64,000 nucleotides of DNA from Lingula anatina. Its lineage: Eukaryota > Animalia > Brachiopoda. The notes under the pieces are model-generated. The model saw only the letters and a program-made list of their open reading frames with translations. It was not told where the DNA came from and searched no databases. The stretch lies in the NCBI GenBank assembly GCA_051362555.1, contig CM120643.1, forward strand, positions 24,122,848 to 24,186,847. The letters run 5' to 3'. The position numbers and the translations under genes were made by a program. Shown piece by piece: positions 1 to 12,900 of this stretch. The stretch's first letter is position 1; each line of letters starts with the position of its first letter.

Positions 1-442
1 ATAAGCCATAGCATAGACACATTCTATATATATAGAATTTAATATCACAGATCTGTGGGTTAAATCCTATATGATATGTATCCCTAATTAAATTAGATTT
101 TATTGTATAACCCTAAGGAACATGGGTCATTAAATTTGAACCTCTCTGATAAAAAGTTTAAGTTTTGGAATGTATACCATAATATACTAGACTTCATGAC
201 AGCGAATATCGAATACCATCAAACATTAAGTGCTTCGTAAATATGAAATTATATATAAATCATTAATGTGGTGTTGGCTGATGATAGAGGTACTGAGTTA
301 GTCGTTCCATTAATAGCCCACAGCCACCAAGATTGATACACGTACATATTTATATCAGGGCACATTCCAAACACAAGGAAACGCACGCACACGCATTATA
401 TTATATGCACAAAAGCACACATAACCGATCACACACAATTAC

Positions 443-444
<2 letters not shown>

Positions 445-506
<62 letters not shown>
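445..506. repeat. (AC)n(AG)n compound microsatellite
   Basis: Visible directly in the sequence. Confidence 0.95.
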
Positions 507-2226
507 CATGTGTATATAAAATAAAAAGAAGGGATAATGCGGTTTTAAATTATTGCAAAGTGCCTCAGTGGCCCATGAATTATGATAGTGAAAATGCGTG
601 AAGCCATGGCTTTAACGAAAATTGCAGAGACTTTTTAATGGCAAACTTCCGCCAATATCTATCAACAACACTGCTTTTATCTCAAAATCGATTCATTTGA
701 TTACATAAAAATTAATCTCACTACACTTAGCCAAACGAAGCGAACGTACCGAAGCAAAATGGTATTGGTGAGAACGGAATATTCAGAGAAATAGATCCTA
801 GTTGTTAAGCAACAGGTTCAAAATAAAGAGGTAGAGGGACTGCCTCTGTTAACTCTACCGTGCTAGATACTGATGTCAACTACTTAACCAGAAGAATTGT
901 CTAAACAACTGGTTATTGCTTGCACCTTATTAGCTAAAGTCCGATTACTTTTTCTTGCAAGACATGGTTGGCTAAAAACACGTTGTGTGTATTAACTGTG
1001 TTAATGATAGTTAAACTAGGAAAAGACACGGGTTGTCAAAATTAAAAATGAATTACGAGTATAAAACATTGGTCATTGAACAAATATATTCATTTATTTT
1101 TACAACTTTATTTAATGAGGGTTAAAACATGGTAATATAAAATTATTCTTCCCCATGGCCCTCATGAGGTAAGTTAAAATAAACCATCAAAAATAGAAAG
1201 GATTATGTTAAAACTATTAAAACAGCAATAAAAATAGAAAGTATATTTAAATGGAAAAGTTGGTGCTGGTAATCTTGCACACTTCCTTTCTTCTAACTCC
1301 GATGGAAAGTATGAAATGATTTCCTCAATTAAACAAGGAATATGACTCTTCAACTCTGGATGCGCCTTCAATATTACACAGGTAATCTTTTGGTATGGTG
1401 GAAAATCATAATGGTCAGCTTAGTTGTCATAAGGCCACGGTGTTTTCTCAACCTCTAAATTGTCGTACAAACCTGCTTTAGCTGTCAGCTCTAATCACTC
1501 ATCTGATCTACCCTCTTGATATCAGAGGGGGCTGTAGTGTAGCCTGTTACGAAACTGAAGAATATGTTAAAAAATTTTGTGACAGACTAGTGACGAACTC
1601 TATGGTTGGAGAGAACCGCAAGTTTTTCTATCAGAGGTACCGAGTGATTCAATCTATTATAAGCTTTCATGTTTTTGTTATAGTTTTTGTTATGTGCTAT
1701 TATGACTAGCAACCCAAACTTGCCGCCATGTTTAATAACATGAAAGGCACATTAAAATGACGAATTATGCATACGCAGAGGCCTTTGCGACTAGCTTGTG
1801 TCGCCGCAAATAATAGCCTCGACACTAATGGTGATTGCGCACGGCCGCGATTTGCGAAGCTTTCGAGATATGGGATAGCGCGGAATCGCCATGCTTGCAC
1901 CCGCACGCCATAAGCGAAGCTTTCGAGATACGGGGCCCTGCTCTTTTTCGCTCCTTTCCTGCGGCGACGAACCCTCGGTGACTGCCACAAGAATGTCACA
2001 TGGAATCGGACCAACTGACAAACGTGAAACAGATCCTGTGGCATTCTGACAGACGCCGTCAAAAACGTTAATTGTAATCAGACTGATGAACGTGAAGCAG
2101 CACACAATGCAACCACCGCGCTAGTGAACACAATTCATTCACGTTAACTGTTTTTTTTTTTTTTTTTTGTCATTCGGGCACATTTGTAACCTGTTTCTGG
2201 GGTGACTTTTCTCTTCCGTCTGCTAT

Positions 2227-2405
2227 AGGCCTTTTGCAGCTAGATGACTTGATTTTCACTTCTTTTGATTATTGGAGGGCTTGCTCCCCATTTGGACATG
2301 ATTCATTATTATGTCCAAGCTCCCCAGTAAACAAGAGAAAGCTGGAGAGCATGCTCTTCAGTAAAGAAAAAAGTCAACATCTTGTCATCTAGCTGCAAAA
2401 GGCTT
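2227..2405. mobile_element. MITE (~180 bp)
   Basis: TIR AGGCCTTTTGCAGCTAGATGAC / GTCATCTAGCTGCAAAAGGCTT, flanked by AT on both sides. Confidence 0.75.
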
Positions 2406-3837
2406 ATTCAGCATATCTGGAAAATACAGTACCGTTTGAAGATTCTCATACATGTTTTAGGGGACATATCTTGTTGGGGTTCACCTTATCCCCGTGATAG
2501 CAATTTAATGTTAGGCCTTTCTTGATATGTAAGTTTAAAACTGAATTTAAAGGTTTGTTAGGTAAAACAATGTCTACAAGCCCATTGGACTGATCAGTAT
2601 TCATTTACATGTACTTTTTCAATTCCATGGCAGTTAAATTGAATTATGGCCTGTAAGATATCCTTCTGTTCATCTTCAACCATATACATCACTTTTCAGC
2701 TATTGGTTACAATGGGCGGTGACACCAGTGCAATTTGCCAGTGGACGGACCGCAGCTTTTACTCCATTTTAATCAGTTGTCGATGCATCATTTTATGTCG
2801 AAATTTTAGTGGCTAGATGCACCAGTAACTACAATATACTGATATCTGATATGAGTCGACAACTTTTACTACAGGTATCCATCATAATTAGGTTGTCACA
2901 ACGCGCCGCGCCTGAAATTGTCACCATTGTCCGTGTATCAGAACGCCTGGGTCAGTTTATGAATCGGTGATTTTGAACTGTGAAAGCGGCTTAAGTCAGT
3001 AAAGGTAGACGGGGGCATTTCGGGCTTTTTGGTACCTAGATGCATGGAGATGATGCCCTTTCATGCATGGATATATTTTCGTCGATGATTTTATCCAGAG
3101 ATTTTCGTCGGAATAACTCGAATGCAATGGGACACAAATAGTACATTACTGTACACGTGTAAAAAAGAGATAAACCTTCATTGAGCAACGACGAAGAAAA
3201 TGAAAAAGATCTGGGAGTGTTGATTTCTAGTTCATCTTCATTCGAACCATTTTCTGAATGTATCTGTTCTCGCTGGTCCAGGTGTTCCCCGTTTTCCGGG
3301 TTACGTTTGGTTAATCCAAGGCTGCCACACAAGCACGTGCCAGGTAAGATAAAAGTAGATGAAAAGTTTTGTCAGGTGAGAAGTGTATATGATAAAACAG
3401 AACCGCCACCGTTGACCACCTGCCTTGCTGCCTACCACCATACTGGACGTAGTTTCCTCACCATACATAATATATGGTTTATATTTCTCTTTATTTAACG
3501 CATTAATGCATCAAAATTGTACTTTCATTGCTTGCCAAATGATGCAGGTGTTCCGTCCATAGGGTAAATTTGGAACACCACACAGAATGTTAGAGTGCGT
3601 TACATATATTTCAACGTTAAGAATTGTTAAGAAGAAAAGATATGTAGTCGGCGGTGAAATTTTTGTCAGGATCTTACCTTAAATGACCACTGGACTGAGA
3701 CGCGGGATACAGGGGTACAGAAAGTTTAGCACGGTGTAGGTGGTGATGATTTGATTACATAAATGATATGTAACATGAAGACGAACTGATTTTTGCCATA
3801 AACCACAAAGAAGTTTTTAGAGAGATCTATAAACCAT

Positions 3838-3897
3838 AGTTCGTAGATATTCATTCTGAGAAGGGTCTTCAGATATTTCAGCCCGAGCGTTTTTATT

Positions 3898-3982
<85 letters not shown>

Positions 3983-4117
3983 TTTTTTTTTTTTTTTTGT
4001 AAATTTCAGGCGATATCATCTGCTGGGTCTGATCCAAATAAGTTCGTAGATATTCATTCTGAGAAGGGTCTTCAGATATTTCAGCCCGAGCGTTTTTATT
4101 TTATTTATTTATTTATT

Positions 4118-4194
<77 letters not shown>

Positions 4195-4238
4195 TAAATT
4201 TCAGGCGATATCATCTGCTGGGTCTGATCCAAATAAGT
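3838..4238. repeat. ~200-bp direct tandem duplication containing (TTTA)n(TTA)n(T)n
   Basis: AGTTCGTAGATATTCATTCTGAGAAGGG...CTGATCCAAATAAGT starts at 3838 and 4041. The unique parts look identical while the microsatellite lengths differ. Confidence 0.92.
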
Positions 4239-4465
4239 CATTATCCTTTTTTGCTTCTGGTAAAAAAACATCGTTGCCAAGAGCCATTAGCACAAATTGA
4301 ATCCTACTAATTTGTGAGAAATGTTCCAAGATAAATTTTAAGTGATTTATCTTGCATCATTTAAAGGGAAAAGTTGGCCTCTTGTCAGCCAGGAACACGT
4401 TACTACCGGGGGAATTCTAATCTTCCGGAAAAGGAGAGCATAACTGCATCTAGAAGTCATTCAAA

Positions 4466-4635
4466 GGCTGCATTCAGAACAGTGGACTAACTAGTCCGAG
4501 GGTCAAATATGGCCGACCCTTTTGAATACTACCCCACGGGGAATATATTCAGTCTTTTAGCGGATTAGACGGCAAGCTTTTTAGTGGGTCGCCATATTTT
4601 TCCCGCGGACTAGTTAATGTGTTCTGAATGCGGCC
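4466..4635. mobile_element. Palindromic MITE (PIF/Harbinger-like termini)
   Basis: GGCTGCATTCAGAAC...TAACTAGTCCG...AAATATGGC pairs with GCCATATTT...CGGACTAGTTA...GTTCTGAATGCGGCC. AAA flanks both ends, a possible 3-bp TSD. Confidence 0.75.
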
Positions 4636-5982
4636 AAAGAAAGGACTATGGGCAAAAAACGACAGTCAGTATTCCTTCTGCTTCGCAAAATTACCACGGT
4701 CGTTCAAACGAACTGTACACAAGGTTAATATCAATTGAAGGCCATAGGATGCAAATTGTGTGCATGAAAGTGACTTTTGCGATTGATAAGCATTTCATGA
4801 CCTAAACATGTCATGTTCAAACATTTTATAATTAGTTTTAAAAATCTCAAAATTCGCGACCATGCTCAAATGCTGGAGCAGCGATGGGTAATAATGATAA
4901 GGCGTTGAATTTGTCCTAAAAATATTCAAAAATTCAAAGAGTAATGCGATTAACCTTCACTCTTGTCCTGTTTGTAATCTGTTTTGTGTCTCGAAGGCAT
5001 GCTTCAGCCTCAAAAGTAAGGAAATTACTGACCGTACACAAATATAGCATTTTACGCAACGTGGGAAGGCAAAGAATGCACGTATATATGCAACAGTTCA
5101 AAAGACTGGGGAAGCCAGTCGCTAACACACACACACATTTATACCATTTCTTTAAAACGGATGGATGGTCGTTTAGCGCCAGACATTTCTTGGCGACGCC
5201 AGAGAAAGATTCGCATATTTCGAGTCCAAATCTTACGAACGATCTTTTTAGGAGAAGGTGATTAGGTATTAGGCCTATAATCGATTTTTTCGACTTTTAC
5301 GTCAAAAGAAACTATAAAATACGTGGGTACCAACAATCATCACGAATCATCCATCGCACCGAATACAATATAACAGACACATAATTAATTGCCGCATTAT
5401 ATTATTATTATGAGAGGAATAAGGAGAACTATTTGCCCTTAACAATGTGTCAACAGTTTACATACAGATCCAATGGTGGAATACGACGACCATTTTCCAT
5501 AATGCATTGTGTTAAGAGGAAAAAGTAAATCTTATGCTTGGCTTACGAAGTAATGGTACAATAATTCCGAGGGGTACAGCTGCACGTCGCAGCTAACACA
5601 ATCATACAAAATTCGTTGGACTGGGCATGTAGCTGCCGAGGACACTTGTTAGTGCGATTCTCCGAGTGCCTGTACCCGTATTAAAACATTGCTACTGTGA
5701 AATTGTATGACTCGTTATATAGATTTCTGCCATGTTTTCTACCAGGAGTATGGGCAACTTGGTGCTGATTTTAAACACAGTTTACATCTATGCTGACTGT
5801 TGTACTGCATCACACATTTCTTTGTACTTAAATATGGCACGTATAAGAGCGTTTGTATGGTATTTTTTCTCCAGTATCACAAAAACACCCGTGCTGTAAA
5901 TACATGTGTAATCAATATGCTTTCGAAAATGAGGTAAAATGCGAGTTTAAATGCACAGGGAGTATTGTTTGTATGACGCATG

Positions 5983-5983
<1 letters not shown>

Positions 5984-6058
<75 letters not shown>
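5984..6058. repeat. (CT)n microsatellite upstream of the first Neto coding exon
   Basis: Visible directly; source of the spurious SLSL/RERE ORFs. Confidence 0.95.
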
Positions 6059-6065
<7 letters not shown>

Positions 6066-6171
6066 ACAGCTTATTCGATTGTTTTCCAAAACGCGTTCTG
6101 AAGAGGTTGCGTATTTTCATGCATGATTTAGTCCCACGCAGAAGCCAATGCATCTCGTTTCTCGTTATAGA

Positions 6172-6887
6172 ATGTCCGGCAGAATGGGGCACACGGTGGA
6201 CGGTCACCACTACTGCTACTACTACCTGCTCCTTTTCCTGCTGACCAGTGTCCACTTGTGGGGAGCAGGGATGACCCAAGAGGACAGCAATCACGGGCGT
6301 GAACAGAAGGGAGGAGACATGCAGACAAGGGACTCGTCACGCAGACCAACAGGTGAGACATTATGGCCATGTTGTTCTATGCCACTGCACTTAACAGGTC
6401 AATATATCGTATGAAGCCTCGATCTCCTGTGGATTTTATCGTGTGGTGCGAGTTATTCCTTATCCGATTTAAGCTTTATCCTGTGATGTTGAATCATAGT
6501 AACGCCGGTATGATAGAATAATTGCCTTTTGATGAACGTGTAGTTAGCTAGGATAAGCGAGGTGAAGTCGGTGTATATTTTATCACCGCGATGTGTTGTT
6601 ATGTGTATCATGGTTCGTCGCCTTCCCTTTCATACCTCGGGTGACTTCGGTTGATTCCGTATCATAAATCAGACTGAAAGAATCAGTCGATCGTTTTCTA
6701 GCGTCATCTTAGGGAAAGATCTGAAAAGATGAAAAGCAAGGGGTGCCTTACGCGTGAAAGTATACCACATACACACACACACTCGCACGCACGCACACAC
6801 ACACACACACACACACCCACGGGGTCGGTATAAGCAATAGGTGCAGTAACAAAAATTAATAAGCATCAGGATAAATGAGCAGAGTTA

Positions 6888-6918
<31 letters not shown>

Positions 6919-9900
6919 AAGAGAGATTCATGTCCTGGATAGGATTCCGTGCAGGTTGAGAAATGCCCATTGACCTAGCCTACCCCGGTACTTATTTTAA
7001 CGGTGATACAAAAACAGCAAAGAAACCTCAAAGGCTCGTGCATATTTAGGATAAGTTCTTCGATATCTCTGACTGTTAAATGGAATGTTTTCCCACCTGT
7101 GTGTTCGTGTTTTTGCTCACCTTTTTCTGCTTCCCTATGTCTATTTTCTTAGTTTTTGTGTCAATCTCGCCCTTGGAGGCAACGAACAGATCGATTGCCA
7201 CGGGCAGACATTTAGATAATCAAGTTTCCGTATCTTTTCGACATCTAGTTGATTACTGTCCAGTATATCAACAGATTTCTTTTCTATCACATTAAGCTAA
7301 AAAAAAGGCGAAGGCTTGCGTAGGCTAGACTATGATATAGCAAAAGAATAAATCCTAGAGACTTCAGCAATTTCCCCCTAATAGCTTGGGTATAACTTAT
7401 AAAAAAAAAACTGCTGAAAAAATATGTCACGTAAAACGAATTTCAAGATCCAAATGTCCAGTTTATACTGAAATGAACAAAAATATCACAAGTCCTTCCC
7501 TAAGGTGACCGAAACCTCATTCTTGGAACTCCAAAAAGGGTGTATGGATCGTAGTTCTATGAAAGGATTTTGATACGGTTTAACCTTTGAGGATGTAGGA
7601 AAAGAGCTGAAATTTCCAGAAAATAAGTTTTTTGCTACATAAAGTTCAACGTTTATTGTGTGTTTTAAATGTACGTATTAGACCTACTTTTCAAAAGTTG
7701 TCACACTTGATTACAACCAGCATCCTTATTAAATTATCCAAGAGGATTTTTTTTCTAATTTTTAATTAAGACCACGCAGCGGCATTTTTGTAAAACAGGA
7801 CCAAAGACTACAAAAGCAACGTGGATCGAATGAGATTCAGTCCTTATGAGCTCAGTGTGAAAGTGACCTAATCTCACATGGGGAATAAATATTTAAACAG
7901 CTTGATTCCTGAAAGTTCATCGACCAATTTGGCTCCCCTATCAACTGCGCTGCGCGAGATATGCCCATTTAATTGCAAATGAAAATAATTTGTGCACGGA
8001 CGAGTAATATCAAGATGCATGGAATACACGATACGCAAGAGATTTTGGCACTAATTTTTTTAACAAAAAAGGCAGAAAACCACAGTTAGCGTCTATGCGC
8101 ATAAATTTATTCGCAAAAAAGTTGGTAATTAAAAAGATGAAAAATGGGGGTAATTTGGGGATTTAGGAATTTATCCTCCAAATTGCTTCACAATGATGTG
8201 AATATATACACGGCCATGGGTTAATTTCCACCCCGTGTTTCAGGGGATACCGGGAATTCACCTCTCTACTGTCACAATTTCACGGCCGTTTTCAATATCA
8301 TAGGACATACAGAGTGCGTTCACAATGGATCTATTGTACTATTGCTAATGCCCACGAACTTCACGGGGACTCTAGCCGAATGCAATCAGATTACCAGATT
8401 AACACGCCTCCTTTTGTTTCCATATACTCGTAGAATCTCCAGCTTTTCTGCATTCTACTCAACGCCAGGAGGAGGTGTATTAATCTGTTAATCTGATTGC
8501 AGTCACCCAGAGTCCTCGTGGAGTTAGACTCCATTTCCAGAGACAGATCTGGGGGTTCACGCTAAATAGCTGTCAGCGGACACGAAAGTTAATTACCCCC
8601 TTACAGCTTGTAGTAGGCGGGACGGACATTTAAGCCGGATGATCTGACAGCAATCTAGTGAGACTCCCCGCGGGGATAGATCGATCTAAAAACTTTGGGA
8701 ATACAGCCTTTCACCCCATTTCCATAGATTAGATCGACCTACTTTAGATCGACCTAACTCCCTGGGGGTTCACGCTAAATAGCTGTCAGCCGAGCGGACA
8801 CGAAAGTTAATTACCCCCTTACAGCTTGTAGTAGGCGGGACGGACATTTAAGCCGGATTATCTGACAGTAATCTAGTGAGACTCCCCGCGGGGATAGATC
8901 GATCTAAAAGCTCTGGGAATGCAGCCTTAGTGTGCAGTGCGACAGATTCATTGAATGCACCCATATACACCCCAGGCCTGTAGCAAGCAATTTCAAAAGG
9001 GGTGGAGGGGGGGGTTCTGACAAAAGATAGATGTTTTACCATGAAATCTTCGTCAAATTGATCAAATCAGATCAAATTGTACCCAGAGCGGACCTTTTCA
9101 ATTACGGCCCACCTCCTCGGGTACGGGCCTGCACCCCCGTTTCCAGTCTCTGAAACTGGAGAAACTACAGACATGCTGTTACTGATATTGGAAACAGCAT
9201 ACGGAATATGCTGACAGTAGAGAGAGATGAGTTTCCATTTACTTCTGAAACACAGGGTGCACTGAACTGCTGGGACGCAAACCTCTTCGTTAATGGCGTG
9301 GAGGAAATAGCTAATAATTGATTGCAATGTATCACAGTGGCGGATTTAGGGAGGGGGTCAGGGGGGGGTCCTGACCCCCCCCTCCCTCCTTCGATTTCTA
9401 AAATAAATAACACCAATGGTCCCCTCTTGAAATTAGAATTTCTAAACCGAAACAAATGGTACCGTTCGACCTTTAAAATACCAAAATTTTTCGGGGCCCT
9501 TCAGCGGGTCCCGAACCTCACGTCAAGGGGATGGAGAGGGTCGGCTTCGCATCTGCGGACCCCCCCCCCCCTCCCTTTAAATAATCCTGGATCCGCCCCT
9601 GTATTAGTAGCCATAACAATGAAGTTCAGGTCTAAATATGAGTGACTAAAATGATATATATATTGAAAATGCAAGATGTTCAAATTGGTAAGGTGTTTAA
9701 AAATGTACCCAGACAGCCTCAGTGATCTGGCCCATGTCTGGCCCAGATCTGGCAACGTCTGGCAATGTCTGGCAAAAGGTATGGCTTGCCACATGTGGGC
9801 CAGATGTGGCAATGTCTGGGCCAGATCTGGCCCAGACATTGCCACATCTGGCCCAGTCCACATTTGCTCATATGGCCAGATGTCGGCCCAGATCTGGCAA

Positions 9901-12900
9901 TATCTGGCAAATGTATGGCATGCCAGATGTGGGCCAGATATGGGCCAGATCATATTCAAATGGGCCAGATTAGGGCCAGACATGGACCACATATGGCCCA
10001 GATTGTTTTTTTTTATTATTTCACATTTGCTCATGTGGCCAGATCTGGCCCAGATCTGGCAATATCTGGCAAAGGTATGGCATGCCGGATGTGGGCCAGA
10101 TTAGGGCCGGACATGGACCACATATGGCCCAGATTGTTTTTTTTTTTTTTCTTTTTTTAATTATTTTTAATTATTCAATAAGATAACTATAAAAAAGACA
10201 TACAAGATTCAAGATTCAAGTATTTATTCTGTGCTAAAAGCCTAAACAAAATTATTACACATTATATAACCTTGCTGGCAACTAACATGCAACAAATTAA
10301 GGGCCACTCCTTGTCTTTTTGTACAAAACAATTTGTATGTTTGAAAAAAAAAAAAAAAAAAAAACACACTGCAAAAAGGCAAATATACAGACACTTAACA
10401 GGAGGAAATGTCACTTACATACATGTAAAGAAAACAGTTATAACAACAATTTTTTTTTCAACACAAAGCTGCTCATCGAATCTGAATTAACACAAATTAC
10501 AAAAATTGTAATTAATTATGCATGTACATGGGGGGGGGGGGGGGGGGGATTTGAGGGGGAAATATTTTTGCACACCTCAACCTAAATAATATTATACATT
10601 GTCATTTTTAAACTAATTCAAACATATCATTAATAATAATAATCACTAATGAATATAGTTTTGTAATGAATAAATCTTGAATAATGAATGAAAAAACATT
10701 CTTTTTTAGATGATGGAGAGTTATAACAAAATTATAAATAACCATGCAGTAACTGTTTCAATTCAACTTGCATGCTGGCTACAGTACTGTACATACATGT
10801 AAATTCTGAAAAAAAATATGTATACTCCAGCACAGATATAGATGTACAATTAAAAGAGAATTACATGTGCACAAAAACAAACCCCAGTATCAATGCTTTT
10901 GAATTAAATCACATCACGAATCAAATCACTCAATGAATTGAACCAGTTTGCAATGCTTGCGCTTTTTTCAAATCCATAACACTAAGAAATGATACACCCG
11001 CCTCCTTGACAAGCTTATAATTATTAAAGGAATCAACAATGGAACAAGTAACTCTACCAAGTTAACAAAAGTTCATTCAAATGTCAAGTCCAAACACAAC
11101 ATCCCTTCCTTTCTTGGAGAGAAACGGTCCTTTCAAAACATGTTAATTGACAGTTCAGTCTTTAAAATGTCTTTTCAAACATTTGCAGAATAGCATATGA
11201 ACTCCAACTTTTATTCCTTAAACCACACTGAAAATTCTCAAAACTAATCAACTCATATCAAATCCCATGTCCTTTCACTACTACTGGTCTCTTCCTTTGC
11301 TTGCCTTTACGTCATATTCAAATGTTCCCTTCACTTTTAAAGGTTTCTCAGACGTGTACATGAATAATACTGTTTGTTTTCTGGTCCTCCACAAGAGCCA
11401 CATTTATTTTTCTTGGATTTCAGCATTCTCCATGTATTTTCATCAATGATATTACAATATGCACCTGAATCTGGTAATACACTGAGATTAACACCTCCTC
11501 TATTTCCTCCATGTCTTCTGTGCATTGGTTCCCACACCAAATGTATATGCACTCCTGGATTTTCATGTTCAAAGCTGTCATTTACATGAATAATAGTTTC
11601 AGTTTTGCAGAGTTTTGCAAAGTGATCCAACGTTCCATGTTTTCTCAGTCAGGGAGTTTCTACTTCGTTTTTCATGTCTAAACTCGTAATGTTTAGACTG
11701 GCTTGGTTTGTCAAATGACTTCAGTTTCATCATACTCAGTTTCTGGTGTTCCAATTTCATTCAAAGCGTTAACTGTCTTATGTATATTCATGTTTCTAAC
11801 CTGTGTTTGGGAGAGTCCTGAAAATATCTTGTAAGTTGTACACCTGTCCCTGCTGAATACAACATAAGCGCGCGTCTCCTTTGTCATGTATTTTTAATTT
11901 TCTATCTTTGTTCATTATTCATGCCGTTCGTTGGTTTTGAAAAGATCAATCTTTTTCCGTCAGCGAAAAGTTTAAACTGTCTAGCCATCGCGTCGAGCGT
12001 GACCCAATGTCTCCGGACTTCTGTACGGTTCGAATTCCGTAATTTCACATTTTTTCTCCATTTTTTTCAAAGAAACTTGACTCACAGTTTTGCACTAGTG
12101 TTTATCCTCGTCGCCAGTGTTGATGCCTTCGAAATAAATCGCACCACGAATCAAATCACTCAACGAAATTGTATCAGTTTGATACGCTTGTGCTTTTTTC
12201 ATATCCATAACTCTAAGAAACGCTACATCCGGGTCCTTGACCGGCTTAGCATAAAAAGCGGAATCTTACAACAGCGGAACGAGTAGTCCAAAAAAGTTTT
12301 AGATCAGTGAATTCATTCAAATGTCAAGTCAAATTAAACAAATAGCACACTTATGAGGGGACTTTGAAGAAAAAAGAGAGAGATAAATTAAATCAAAATT
12401 TATCAAATGACGTCAGTTCAATGCATTCAGCTCACTGGTCAATAAAAATAAATAAATAGAAAATAAAAATTGAAAATGAAAGTACCATATCTGGCCCAAG
12501 TCTGGGCAGCATCTGGCAAAATGTGGCGTAAATGCCAGACTTTGCCAGACTTGGCCCAGATCTGGCAAGTGTCTGGCAAAATGTGGCATAAATGCCAGAC
12601 TTTGCCAGACTTGGCCCAGATCTGGCAAGTGTCTGGCAAAATCTGGCCCAGATATTGCCAGACGTTGCCAGATCTGGGCCAGACGTGGGCCAGATTATTG
12701 AGGCTGTCTGGGTATAGTAATCCCCACCAAAGCATGATATTACATGTAGTCACGTAACATGTATAATGTATACCCTATAACAGCTGGCACTGTACAAATG
12801 GGATGACATCAACAACTGTCACTGTGTAAATTGATGACATTTGTCCATGCATATGCTAAACCCTCGTATTTACCTAGTTAACAGGCAATTACTAAACTCA

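Larger units (their letters stand above)
9708..12712. mobile_element. 3-kb non-autonomous DNA transposon with long, internally repetitive TIRs (CMC/EnSpm-like or foldback-like)
   Basis: Left end TA|CCCAGACAGCCTCAGTGATCTGGCCCATGTCTGGCCCAGATCTGGCAACGTCTGGCAA. Right end is the near-exact reverse complement ...GACGTTGCCAGATCTGGGCCAGACGTGGGCCAGATTATTGAGGCTGTCTGGG|TA. Arrays of 10-11 bp TCTGGC(C/A) motifs at 9708-10140 and 12487-12712. No transposase ORF. The superfamily call is inferred. Confidence 0.85.

Noticed and set aside
1700-2120. GC-rich ORFs with a repeated GCGAAGCTTTCGAGATA motif
   Set aside because: No recognisable protein similarity. Probably part of a non-autonomous repeat, but termini could not be defined.
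5853-6294. ORFs with SLSL, RERE, THTH, CVCV or IYIY runs (also near 333, 27295, 28048, 44620)
   Set aside because: They are dinucleotide microsatellite translations.
9501-10160. Several overlapping W/P/G-rich ORFs on both strands (also 12413-12757)
   Set aside because: They are translations of the repetitive TIR arrays and have no transposase motifs.
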